Source: Ruminococcus sp. (GTDB taxonomy: Bacteria; Bacillota; Clostridia; Oscillospirales; Acutalibacteraceae). From it: 41,142 nt of DNA. Both the position numbers and the translations under genes were made by a program. The DNA is taken from contig JAFOED010000156.1 in NCBI GenBank assembly GCA_017380355.1, positions 1-41,142 on the forward strand. The letters run 5' to 3'. The notes beneath the pieces are model-generated. The model had not been told where the DNA came from, ran no database searches, and saw only the letters and a list, made by a program, of their open reading frames with translations. Positions 17,213 through 26,363 of this stretch are shown in pieces; the stretch's first letter is position 1, and each line of letters opens with the position of its first letter.

Positions 17213-18883
17213 TTAGTCGAACTTTTTGTTCTTAGTAGCAAACTTGATAACAACGAGTGTGCCGATTGTAAGAACAACACCGATAGGAAGAACGATGTAC
17301 CAGCTCTGGATAAAACCAGCGAGAATGTAGCATACAAATGAGATTGCAGCTACTGTGATTGCATATGGAATCTGAGTTGATACATGGTTTAAGTGGTTAC
17401 ACTGTGCGCCTGCTGATGACATAATAGTTGTATCAGAGATAGGTGAGCAGTGGTCACCACATACAGCACCTGCAAGACAAGCTGACATTGAGATAATCAT
17501 CAGCGGATTTGTAGGGTCTGCAGCGAAGAGGTATGTAACGATAGGGATGAGAATACCGAATGTACCCCATGATGTACCTGTTGCGAAAGCAAGTACACAC
17601 GCTACTAAGAAGATGATAGCAGGTAAGAAGTTCTGGAGTGCTGGAGCAGCGTTAGCCATAAGGTCGCCAACGAAGTACTTAGCACCGAGTAAACCTGTCA
17701 TATTCTTAAGTGCTGTAGCGAATGTGAGGATGAGGATAGCAGGAACCATAGCGATGAAGCCCTTTGGAACTGCTTCCATAGTCTCTTTGAAAGTGATAAC
17801 TCTTCTGACGATGAGGTAAGCTATAGCGATAACAAGAGCAATAAGACCGCCCCATGGGAGACCTACAGTTGCGTCTGTGTTAGCAAAAGCATCGATAAAT
17901 GATGCGCCATCTAAGATACCGCCGTTGTAAACGAGCGCGAATACTGAGATAGCAATAAGGATAACGATTGGGAGAATAAGGTCGATAACCTTGCCCTTAG
18001 GGTTTGGAGTTTCGTCTTCGCCTTCCTGCTTTTCGCCACAGAAAAGGTCACCGTACTCTTTTGCTTTGTACTCGTGCATAGCCATCTTACCGTAGTCAAA
18101 GCCCATAACAGCAATAGCGATTACGAACACGAAAGTTAAAAGTGAGTAGAAGTTGTACGGAATAGCAGAAATGAAGAGGTCAAGACCCTTACCGTCTTCT
18201 GCGTAAGCTGATACAGCAGCAGCCCATGATGAAATAGGAGCGATCATACAGATTGGAGCAGCTGTAGCGTCGATTAAGAACGCAAGCTTAGAACGTGAAA
18301 TCTTGTGAGCGTCTGTTACAGGACGCATAACTGAACCAACTGTTAAGCAGTTGAAGTAGTCGTCGATGAAAATGAGTACGCCTAAAACGAATGTAGCGAG
18401 CATTGCGCCTACACGTGTTTTAATGTGTTTAGCAGCCCATTTACCAAATGCAGCTGAACCGCCTGCTTTGTTAACAAGAGCAACTAAGATACCGAGCTCA
18501 ACGAGGAAGATGAAGATACCTGCTGTATCAGAAACCGCAGGAATAAGACCGTCGTTGATGACTGTGTCCATAGTTGTGAGGAATGAAAACTTAGAGTAAA
18601 TCAGACCACCTGTAACAATACCGATGAACAGTGAAGAGTAAACTTCTTTTGTGATGAGTGCAAGACCGATAGCGATAACCGGTGGAAGAAGTGCCCAGAT
18701 TGTACCCTGAACAGCGCCTTCGCCTGCACAAGTTTCGCACGCAGCGTCGTCAACAACGCCTGTTGCGTGACAGTCCATACAATTAACAGTGCCGAGATAA
18801 CCGCCGGAAACTGCTGCGTATACGAGCAGGCCGATGATAACAACACTGGCAATAGCAAGGACAATCTTGTTTGTCTTTGACAT
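17213..18883 (-). CDS. lysW: NhaC-family transporter, probable lysine importer (LysW-like)
   Basis: FIDDYFN, DATAAP, GTSWGTFG and GDHCSPISDTT motifs; lies directly downstream of a lysine riboswitch. Confidence 0.8.
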   Translation of the reverse strand: MSKTNKIVLAIASVVIIGLLVYAAVSGGYLGTVNCMDCHATGVVDDAACETCAGEGAVQGTIWALLPPVIAIGLALITKEVYSSLFIGIVTGGLIYSKFSFLTTMDTVINDGLIPAVSDTAGIFIFLVELGILVALVNKAGGSAAFGKWAAKHIKTRVGAMLATFVLGVLIFIDDYFNCLTVGSVMRPVTDAHKISRSKLAFLIDATAAPICMIAPISSWAAAVSAYAEDGKGLDLFISAIPYNFYSLLTFVFVIAIAVMGFDYGKMAMHEYKAKEYGDLFCGEKQEGEDETPNPKGKVIDLILPIVILIAISVFALVYNGGILDGASFIDAFANTDATVGLPWGGLIALVIAIAYLIVRRVITFKETMEAVPKGFIAMVPAILILTFATALKNMTGLLGAKYFVGDLMANAAPALQNFLPAIIFLVACVLAFATGTSWGTFGILIPIVTYLFAADPTNPLMIISMSACLAGAVCGDHCSPISDTTIMSSAGAQCNHLNHVSTQIPYAITVAAISFVCYILAGFIQSWYIVLPIGVVLTIGTLVVIKFATKNKKFD

Positions 18884-18908
18884 TTTAATGTCCCCCTTAA
18901 TTTTTATA

Positions 18909-18938
18909 AAACAAAAACCGCGGCAAAAGTGCCACGGT
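18909..18938 (-). terminator. Riboswitch expression-platform terminator
   Basis: ACCGTGGCAC-tttt-GCCGCGGT followed by TTTTGTTTT, between aptamer and start codon. Confidence 0.65.
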
Positions 18939-18953
18939 CGTAAATCCTACGAA

Positions 18954-19114
18954 AAATAGCACTCCACCATATAGGTGACAGTGTAATACATATTCTGCAT
19001 TACACCAGCCTTGACATTTTGCGAAAGTGTCAAGACTTCGGCGATGAATCCTTTCACACACGCAGAAAAACCCGCGCAAAGCGTGTATTACTCTTAAGCA
19101 CCGCGCCTCTATTT
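18954..19114 (-). ncRNA. Lysine (L-box) riboswitch
   Basis: Minus strand reads ATAGAGGCGCG...AGTA...GAAAGG...CGCCGAA...CTGG...GAATA...CTGTCACC...GGTGGAGTGCTAT. TTGACG-16-TATAAT promoter at 19157-19130. Confidence 0.92.
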
Positions 19115-19247
19115 CTTGTTTATGTAACGATTATAGCAAAAAACCTCATTTCGTCAAGTATTTTGTCGCTTTTGTAACCGAAGATTATGAGATTTTAACA
19201 CAAAAAAGCCCTACCTGTCAGAGTAGGGCCTAGTTTATTAGCAAAAA

Positions 19248-20168
19248 TCAGTATTTAAGCGTGCTTTCACCGATGAATTCTCGCATAAGTGAGTCGCTCG
19301 GTATTAAGTCAGGTTCTAAGGATTTTGCTTTTTCTATAACCTCACTTAAAAGTGCGACATCATCTGTTTGTGGTAAAGTTTTCAGAGTGTTTAGCAGAAG
19401 AGCGCGGTAAATATTTATCTCGTATGGGATGGTTGTGTCTATAGAGTAGTTACATCTGCTCATAAACGGACGGATGTATTTGTCTTCACCCTCGTTTACA
19501 CTTTTAAACATATTAAGCGTGTCGAGAGGGTCTCGGTCTCTGGTTTTTGTATCGCGCAGAATACGACGACCAAGTCTTATGGTTTTTGACTGAAGTTTTT
19601 TCTCTTCTGTGACAAACTGACTGCGGATGCTGACATAAACACGGGCGCATCTCTCGTCTTTTATCCTGATTACTTCAGGATTCAGCGCGTGGGTACCCTC
19701 AAAAATGATGATTTCGCCGTCTTTTCTGGTGAGAGTCCATCCCGAGAACTCGCGTTTACATGTGACGAAGTTGTAGCGTGGAATATCTACGCTCTTTTTT
19801 TCGAGAATTCCAATAAGCTGAGCATTTAAGTAATCGCTGTCAAGGCGTGCAGGGGACTCTAAATCGAGCAATCCCTCTTTTGAGAGTTTGTACTCTTCTT
19901 CGTTTAGCTCCCGAAAGTAGTTGTCGAGCGAGATAGTGTGAGCTTCGTGTCCCCACGAATCCAGTAGTGCTTCGAGTTTAAGTGCGGTCGTGGTTTTTCC
20001 ACTACCCGACGGTCCCGAAATCAGCACGACAGGAGCGACGTCTGCGTTTTTCGCTATACTTTTAGCGACTTCTTCGATTTGCTTTTGGTATTCTTCTTCA
20101 CAGAAAGTGACGAACTTCTGTGGATTATTCTTAATCTGGTAGTTTATATCATCAAGAAAGTATTTCAT
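19248..20168 (-). CDS. Uridine kinase/phosphoribulokinase-like nucleoside kinase
   Basis: Walker A GPSGSGKTT, SLDNYF, EGTHALNP, RRILRD; terminator at 19208-19229. Confidence 0.8.
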   Translation of the reverse strand: MKYFLDDINYQIKNNPQKFVTFCEEEYQKQIEEVAKSIAKNADVAPVVLISGPSGSGKTTTALKLEALLDSWGHEAHTISLDNYFRELNEEEYKLSKEGLLDLESPARLDSDYLNAQLIGILEKKSVDIPRYNFVTCKREFSGWTLTRKDGEIIIFEGTHALNPEVIRIKDERCARVYVSIRSQFVTEEKKLQSKTIRLGRRILRDTKTRDRDPLDTLNMFKSVNEGEDKYIRPFMSRCNYSIDTTIPYEINIYRALLLNTLKTLPQTDDVALLSEVIEKAKSLEPDLIPSDSLMREFIGESTLKY

Positions 20169-20267
20169 AAAAGCACCACCTTTATAATTATTTTATCATA
20201 TGAGTGTGCAATAAAGTAGCGAAAAATAAAAAAACAGCAGTAAAATTTTTACCACTGTTTTAGTATA

Positions 20268-21041
20268 TTATGCCGAAACTACTTTCAGATAACCGTCCTT
20301 GATTTTAAATTTTTTGTTTTTGTTATCGCCTTTTATCGCTACCGCGTTTAGGAGTCTGTGGTCGGTGTCGTTTTCGCGATAGATAACGTAAAATCCTGAA
20401 AAAGCTCGCGATATCCTGTCTGCGTCAGAAAAATCGGTATTTTTATCTATAACGTAGTCGTGTTCATCAGGAGCTTCTTCGTACACACCCTCGCCCTGAG
20501 CTTTTGCGTTATTGTAGTAGTATTCAAAATCGCCCAGAAGAGTACTTACCATATTTGGCAAAAGCGAGTAAATCTTCTCCATATATGTGTAAAGGGTTTC
20601 GTTATCATCTAAAGTGAACTCTTCTTGCATCAGGATTTCGCCTGTATCAAAGCTTTCTTCCATTTTATGAAAGGTAACACCGCTTTTCTCACACTTGTTC
20701 AGTATACACAGAGGCATCGGCCACGCACCACGACCCAAAGGCAGAAGGGATGGATGAACATTTATCATCTTAAAGCCTTCTAAAATCGGAATACGGTAAT
20801 AGTACGCAGCACAGAAAAGTGCGTCTACTCCATTTTCTTTAAGCTCTTCTAAATCAGAAAGGGTGATTTTGTCGTATGAAATCTCGATATTATGAGCTTT
20901 TGCAAACTCGGTGACGTGTGTATTAAATTCCGTAATGTTATCGACCTTGTTTGTATAAATTTTTACAATCTCGCACCCACTGTCGAAAAGACTTTCGAGC
21001 ATCGGATAAAACAGGTCAAACCCTGCATACGCTATTTTCAT
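20268..21041 (-). CDS. Formyltransferase-family protein (Fmt-like N-terminal domain, short C-terminus)
   Basis: INVHPSLLP..RGAWP and GVTFH....DTGEI formyl-THF motifs. Confidence 0.82.
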   Translation of the reverse strand: MKIAYAGFDLFYPMLESLFDSGCEIVKIYTNKVDNITEFNTHVTEFAKAHNIEISYDKITLSDLEELKENGVDALFCAAYYYRIPILEGFKMINVHPSLLPLGRGAWPMPLCILNKCEKSGVTFHKMEESFDTGEILMQEEFTLDDNETLYTYMEKIYSLLPNMVSTLLGDFEYYYNNAKAQGEGVYEEAPDEHDYVIDKNTDFSDADRISRAFSGFYVIYRENDTDHRLLNAVAIKGDNKNKKFKIKDGYLKVVSA

Positions 21042-21107
21042 ACCATCACCTCACTTTTATACTATACCATACTTTACAAGTATTTATCAATCAAATTCAC
21101 TTACTTA

Positions 21108-21136
21108 TTGACTTTAGTGCGACTTTGCGATAAAAT
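21108..21136 (+). promoter_or_regulatory. Sigma-A promoter of the SCIFF locus
   Basis: TTGACT-17-TAAAAT followed by AGGAGG RBS. Confidence 0.6.
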
Positions 21137-21166
21137 AGCGTTAGACTATTATAGGAGGTTACTACT

Positions 21167-21319
21167 ATGAAACATATCAAGACTATCAAGACTCGTAATC
21201 TTTGTGAAAGCGCAAAGAAGGGCGGCTGTGGCGAGTGCCAGACTTCATGTCAGTCTGCTTGCAAGACAAGCTGCGGTATTGCTAACCAGAAGTGCGAGAG
21301 CAAAAAGGAAAGCAAGTAA
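21167..21319 (+). CDS. scfA: SCIFF (six-cysteine) ranthipeptide precursor, 50 aa; absent from the ORF track
   Basis: MKHIKTIKTRNLCESAKKGGCGECQTSCQSACKTSCGIANQKCESKKESK with the canonical CGECQTSCQSACKTSC core. Confidence 0.97.
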   Translation: MKHIKTIKTRNLCESAKKGGCGECQTSCQSACKTSCGIANQKCESKKESK

Positions 21320-21337
21320 TTTTGTTTGATGGAAAAT

Positions 21338-21364
21338 GCCGCTGTTGTACAGCGGCGTTTTTTA
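21338..21364 (+). terminator. Stem-loop with U tract between precursor and maturase
   Basis: GCCGCTG-ttgta-CAGCGGC followed by GTTTTTT. Confidence 0.6.
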
Positions 21365-21396
21365 TTGATATATGTTCATAGATTTGAGGAGTAATT

Positions 21397-22776
21397 ATGA
21401 TTCATCAGTATAAACTTGGTGGCTACAACATCGTTCTTGATGTCTGTTCAGGTGCAGTACACGCGGTGGATGACGTAGCGTACGATATCATCGCGATTTT
21501 TAACGACTACAGCGAAGACGAAATCATCAGCGCGATGGTAGAAAAATATAAAGACCACGATGACATTACAAAAGAAGATATAGAAGAATGCTACGCTCAG
21601 GTACTTGAGTTAAAAAACAGCGGAGAACTTTTTGTTGAGGATTCTTTCGAGCCTATGGCTGGCGAATTAAAGCGCAAGACTGCAGGCGTTGTAAAAGCTC
21701 TGTGCTTACATATCGCGCACACATGTAACTTAAACTGCTCTTACTGTTTTGCTTCACAAGGTAAATATCAGGGCGAGAGAGCGCTTATGAGCTTTGAAGT
21801 AGGTAAGCGTGCGCTTGATTTCCTCGTTGAAAATTCAGGTAGCAGACATAATCTCGAGGTTGACTTCTTCGGCGGTGAGCCGCTGATGAACTTCGATGTT
21901 GTAAAACAGCTCGTTTCTTATGCTCGTTCTATCGAAAAAGAAAAAGGAAAGAATTTCCGATTTACACTCACTACTAATGGTGTGCTAATCGACGATGATG
22001 TAATCGACTTTGCAAACAAAGAGATGTGCAACGTAGTTTTAAGCTTAGATGGCAGAAAAGAAGTCCACGATAAATTCAGAGTAGATTACTCGGGCAACGG
22101 TAGTTTTGACAAAATCGTGCCGAAATTCCAGAAGCTCGTTGAAGCTCGCGGCAACAAAGACTACTATATGCGCGGTACATTTACTCACCACAATCCTGAC
22201 TTCTTAGAAGATATCAAAACTATGCTCGATTTAGGTTTTACTGAGCTTTCGATGGAGCCGGTTGTGTGTGCGGACACTGACCCGTCAGCCCTTACATATG
22301 ACGATTTACCAGTTGTGCTCGAGCAGTATGAAAAGCTCGCAGAGCTTATGATTAAACGCAGAAAAGACGGTAAGCCGTTCACTTTCTATCACTATATGAT
22401 TGACCTTCAGGGCGGTCCGTGTATTTACAAGCGTATTTCCGGTTGCGGTAGCGGTACCGAATATATGGCGGTTACTCCTTGGGGTGACCTTTATCCATGC
22501 CACCAGTTTGTCGGCGACGATAAGTACTTACTCGGCAACATATTTGACGGTGTTACTAATACTGCTGTTGTCGACGAATTTATGGAGTGCAACGTTTACT
22601 CTCGAGAAGAGTGTAAGGATTGCTGGGCTAGACTTTACTGTTCAGGTGGTTGTGCGGCTAATGCTTATCACGCAACTGGTTCTGTAAAAGGTGTGTACAA
22701 ATACGGCTGCGAACTCTTCAAAAAGCGTATGGAATGTGCGATTATGGCTGAAGTCGACAGACTTCTTGAGGATTAA
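21397..22776 (+). CDS. scfB: Radical SAM/SPASM thioether-forming SCIFF maturase
   Basis: N-terminal RRE-like region, CNLNCSYC, FFGGEP, SPASM cysteines (GCGSG, YPCHQF, CKDCWARLYCSGGC). Confidence 0.96.
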   Translation: MIHQYKLGGYNIVLDVCSGAVHAVDDVAYDIIAIFNDYSEDEIISAMVEKYKDHDDITKEDIEECYAQVLELKNSGELFVEDSFEPMAGELKRKTAGVVKALCLHIAHTCNLNCSYCFASQGKYQGERALMSFEVGKRALDFLVENSGSRHNLEVDFFGGEPLMNFDVVKQLVSYARSIEKEKGKNFRFTLTTNGVLIDDDVIDFANKEMCNVVLSLDGRKEVHDKFRVDYSGNGSFDKIVPKFQKLVEARGNKDYYMRGTFTHHNPDFLEDIKTMLDLGFTELSMEPVVCADTDPSALTYDDLPVVLEQYEKLAELMIKRRKDGKPFTFYHYMIDLQGGPCIYKRISGCGSGTEYMAVTPWGDLYPCHQFVGDDKYLLGNIFDGVTNTAVVDEFMECNVYSREECKDCWARLYCSGGCAANAYHATGSVKGVYKYGCELFKKRMECAIMAEVDRLLED

Positions 22777-22777
22777 T

Positions 22778-24115
22778 ATGAACACCCCGATCTGTGATTT
22801 TGTGAAAAATTATAGTAAAAAAAATATGGTGCGTGCGCATATGCCTGGTCACAAGGGCGAGAATGTCTTAGGTTTTGAAAACCTCGACATCACCGAGATA
22901 AAAGGCGCAGACTCGCTTTTTGAGTGCGACGGTATTATAAAAGAGAGTGAAAAAAACGCGAGTGAGATTTTTGAGTGTGACACTTACTACTCAACCGAAG
23001 GTTCGTCGCTGTGTATAAGAGCGATGCTTTACCTGACTCTTCTTTACGCGAAAAAAGAGGGAAGAGAACCTCTTGTTTTAGCATCTCGTAACGCACACAA
23101 GACGTTTTTGTCAGCACTCGCTTTGCTCGATTTGGATGTCGAGTGGGTTTACGGCAACAGCGGATGCTATCTCTCGTGCGAAATAAGCGCTGACGAGCTC
23201 GACAGAAAGCTCAACTCGATGAGTAAAAAACCTGTCGCTTTCTATGTCACAAGCCCGGATTACCTCGGTAATATGGCGGACATAAAAGGCATAGCTCAGG
23301 TGTGCAAAAAGCACGGACTTTTGCTTCTTGTTGATAACGCTCACGGAGCATATCTGAAGTTTTTGAATGAATCAGAACATCCGATAGATTTGGGAGCTAC
23401 TATGTGCTGTGATTCTGCGCACAAAACTCTCCCTGCTTTAACAGGCGGTGCGTATCTGCATATAAGCAAAGACGCAGATGTTATATTTAAGAATAACGCT
23501 AAAAAAGCGCTCTCGCTTTTTGCGTCGACATCACCGTCGTACCTTATACTGCAGTCGCTTGACAAAACAAACGAGCATCTCGCTAATGGCTATAAAGAAA
23601 AGCTGAGTGAATTCATTTTAAAGATCGATAAGCTCAAAAAAACACTCTGTAAAAACGGCTACAGCTTAAGCGGTGATGAAGAGCTGAAACTCACAATAAA
23701 TGCGAAAAGCTACGGATATAAGGGCGATGAAATCGCTCATATACTCAGAGATAACAACATCGAGTGCGAGTTTGCTGACCTTGATTTTTTAGTGCTGATG
23801 CTTACGCCTGCAATGAAAGACTCAGAGCTCGAAAAAATCGAGAAATCACTTTTAGATATAGAGAAAAAGTGCGAAATCACCGACACTTCGCCTGAGGTGG
23901 TAAAGCCGAAAAAGGTTATGAGCGTCAGAAAGGCTATGCTCTCACTGTCGCAGACAGTAAGTGTTAATGACAGCGTAGGTAAAATTATTGCAACCCCTAA
24001 TATCTCCTGTCCTCCTGCTGTGCCGATTATCGTCAGCGGAGAAAAGGTGGATGAAGACGTACTTTCTGTATTTGAGTATTACTCGATTAGCGAATGTGAC
24101 GTCGTAATTGAATAA
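22778..24115 (+). CDS. PLP-dependent Orn/Lys/Arg decarboxylase-family protein
   Basis: HMPGHKG, DITE, DNAHG, SAHKTLP (PLP lysine), STSPSY. ATG lies 1 nt after the scfB stop. Confidence 0.88.
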   Translation: MNTPICDFVKNYSKKNMVRAHMPGHKGENVLGFENLDITEIKGADSLFECDGIIKESEKNASEIFECDTYYSTEGSSLCIRAMLYLTLLYAKKEGREPLVLASRNAHKTFLSALALLDLDVEWVYGNSGCYLSCEISADELDRKLNSMSKKPVAFYVTSPDYLGNMADIKGIAQVCKKHGLLLLVDNAHGAYLKFLNESEHPIDLGATMCCDSAHKTLPALTGGAYLHISKDADVIFKNNAKKALSLFASTSPSYLILQSLDKTNEHLANGYKEKLSEFILKIDKLKKTLCKNGYSLSGDEELKLTINAKSYGYKGDEIAHILRDNNIECEFADLDFLVLMLTPAMKDSELEKIEKSLLDIEKKCEITDTSPEVVKPKKVMSVRKAMLSLSQTVSVNDSVGKIIATPNISCPPAVPIIVSGEKVDEDVLSVFEYYSISECDVVIE

Positions 24116-24120
24116 AAATA

Positions 24121-24145
24121 CCCCTTGGATTGATATTCCAAGGGG
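24121..24145. terminator. Bidirectional terminator
   Basis: CCCCTTGGA-ttgatat-TCCAAGGGG between convergent genes. Confidence 0.7.
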
Positions 24146-24153
24146 CATTTTGT

Positions 24154-25059
24154 TTATACAATATCAAAAAGTGTGTGTAAGTTTTCGTCAGAATACTCGA
24201 TTTCGCTAGAGAATTGACGCATAATATCTAGCTGAGTGTCAACAGAAAAATCATTGGTTTTTGCGTAGATGTGTTTACCGAGCTTGTAAATAAAATCGAG
24301 TGCAAAAGCAGTAAAGCGAGCGCGTTTCTGAGCTTCTTCTATGTCAGGTGCGTTTGCAAAATGGCGGTAGATGAGGTAGACGCAGAACTGCTCGTATTCG
24401 TGCTGTCTGTCATTCATAAAAAGTGAAAAATCATCCGACTTTTCGTCGTCTATGTTTTCTAAGAGATTTTTCCACTCTTTTTCTAAAATCTCGAGTGAAA
24501 GCAGAGTTTTTGAGTACTCTTTAAGTGGTTTACTTTCGTATTCAGTATCACACAGTGCAAGCATCTTTTCGATTCTCTGAGAGATGCTAAAAGCCCTGTC
24601 TTGTAAAATTGTGATGATTTCATCGCGTAAAATAATAATTTCGTCGTCGGTTTTAGCTTCTGTGATGAAAGTGGTTTTTTCTTTATTCGTGATGATGAGC
24701 CTGCACGCTTCTTCACAGCAAAGACCTAAACCGCTTTCGATTCTTCCGGGTAGCTCGTTGTGAAAACGCGGGTGTTCTGTGCATATATCGCAGATGTGCT
24801 CTTCACCTAATGTGCAGATAATATCGCACAGATTTTTATCGTTTAAAAATGGACAACGCTCGGTGTCTGTTAAGATAAAATGCGGGGTGTCTTCATAACT
24901 TATGCTGTTTTTCAGGTGATCTTTGAGAGCTCCTGAGTGGTTTTCATAAAACGATAGAGTATCTTCGTCTATGTCGATTCCCCATCCGATGCAGCAGTTG
25001 TGTTTACATTTGTCCGCGATACAAGTGAATTTTTCGTAGTAATCAGGATAACGGTGCAT
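24154..25059 (-). CDS. fliB: FliB-family (flagellin lysine N-methylase-like) Cys-rich protein
   Basis: F.CIA..C..NCC.GW.IDID, CPFL....LC, C.IC..HPR, L.CEEA. Confidence 0.8.
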   Translation of the reverse strand: MHRYPDYYEKFTCIADKCKHNCCIGWGIDIDEDTLSFYENHSGALKDHLKNSISYEDTPHFILTDTERCPFLNDKNLCDIICTLGEEHICDICTEHPRFHNELPGRIESGLGLCCEEACRLIITNKEKTTFITEAKTDDEIIILRDEIITILQDRAFSISQRIEKMLALCDTEYESKPLKEYSKTLLSLEILEKEWKNLLENIDDEKSDDFSLFMNDRQHEYEQFCVYLIYRHFANAPDIEEAQKRARFTAFALDFIYKLGKHIYAKTNDFSVDTQLDIMRQFSSEIEYSDENLHTLFDIV

Positions 25060-25264
25060 ACTTAAACTCCCTTTAATAAGCTACTTGTATTGTAGCATAT
25101 ATGTAGGCTTTGTGCAAAAATATTTACTCTTTAGTATATCTTGTTCAAAAAAGTTTAATGGGGTGTTTTTTCCTTGCTTTATGGGAGAATAGATGATATA
25201 ATCTCCTTGTTATTAAAATTGGCAGTATGTGTTTTATACTATATTGATTGGAGTAACAACATTT

Positions 25265-26323
25265 ATGAATAAAAAACAGATTGTTCGTATGATTGCGTTT
25301 TTGCTTGTTGTAGTGCTGCTCGTTTCATCACTCACAGCGGTTGCGCTTTTACAGCCTGACTACGCACAGACAGACGACAGATTCGATGATTTCAAGAAAT
25401 TTGAGAAGAACACAGTAGACGTTATCTTTACCGGTACCAGCGGTATCGACAGATATTATATGCCTGCTAAGGGCTTTGAAGATTACGGACTTACTGCATA
25501 TCCGCTTACTTCTGATGCACAGCCTGCGTGGCTTGTTACAAATGTGCTTTACGAAGCAGAAAAGCGTCAGGACCCGAAACTCGTTGTTATCGATATGCGT
25601 CCGTTTACGACACAGTATAATAAGAAAATCGGTTCTATCGAAACTGGTGTCAGATACTTGACTGATGGTATGTGTTTCTCACCTAAGAACAAGGTTGACG
25701 CTATCGAAAAATCGATTAAAAAGCTGAAGACTTTAGCTCCTGACAAGGACTTTGACAGAAAGACTTTCTATCTTCCACTTATTAAGCACCACGGTGCGTG
25801 GGAGAGTGTAAATGAGTTTATCGACGAGTATGCGTACGCAGATTTAGGCTTTTATATGAGCCCGACCCGTACTATCGTTACAACCGATAAATTTGAAGAT
25901 AAAACCGCAGAAACTACTAAAAGAGGCGAGCTTCATCCTTTAGCTTATAAGTCTCTTATGGAGCTTCTCGATTACCTTGACACTAAAGATTACGAAGTGC
26001 TTTTCCTTAACACTCCACAGGGTAGAGGTGAAGAGGAAATGAGCACAAATAACACGTTAGCTGACATTCTTAGTGAGCGTGGATATAAGTACCTCATCTG
26101 TGAAATCGGCGATGACTATGATATGGAAGCTGATTTCTACAACTCAGGTCACGTAAATTTCTACGGCGCTGAGAAATTCACCGATTATTTCGCTCAGTAT
26201 CTGTCAGAAAACTACGAGCTTTCTGACAGACGCGACGACGAAAACTGTCAGGAGTGGTACGGTCACTACGACAGTATCAAGAGCACAGTTAAGAAGTGGG
26301 AAAAAGAAGCAAAAGCTGAATAA
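25265..26323 (+). CDS. Membrane-anchored SGNH-like hydrolase/acyltransferase (DltD/AlgX-like)
   Basis: N-terminal TM, VDVIFTGTS block I and DFYNSGHVN..GA block V. Start at ATG 25265 behind GGAG. Confidence 0.6.
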   Translation: MNKKQIVRMIAFLLVVVLLVSSLTAVALLQPDYAQTDDRFDDFKKFEKNTVDVIFTGTSGIDRYYMPAKGFEDYGLTAYPLTSDAQPAWLVTNVLYEAEKRQDPKLVVIDMRPFTTQYNKKIGSIETGVRYLTDGMCFSPKNKVDAIEKSIKKLKTLAPDKDFDRKTFYLPLIKHHGAWESVNEFIDEYAYADLGFYMSPTRTIVTTDKFEDKTAETTKRGELHPLAYKSLMELLDYLDTKDYEVLFLNTPQGRGEEEMSTNNTLADILSERGYKYLICEIGDDYDMEADFYNSGHVNFYGAEKFTDYFAQYLSENYELSDRRDDENCQEWYGHYDSIKSTVKKWEKEAKAE

Positions 26324-26329
26324 AAAATT

Positions 26330-26362
26330 AAGGTAGACACAAATTTGTGTCTACCTTTTTTT
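26330..26362. terminator. Bidirectional terminator
   Basis: AAGGTAGACACAAA-TTTGTGTCTACCTT perfect inverted repeat. Confidence 0.8.
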
Positions 26363-26363
26363 G

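Noticed and set aside
18897-19079. 60-aa ORF
   Set aside because: Lies within the lysine riboswitch and its terminator.
20892-21170. 92-aa and 60-aa plus-strand ORFs
   Set aside because: Antisense to the formyltransferase and spanning promoters; the real gene here is scfA at 21167.
22691-22777. Long overlap of the decarboxylase ORF with scfB
   Set aside because: The family-typical start MNTPI at 22778 has an RBS-like GAGG upstream.
17213-25059. A unified lysine-themed cluster (lysine transporter, decarboxylase, lysine methylase)
   Set aside because: Separate transcription units with unrelated genes between them; no evidence of co-regulation.
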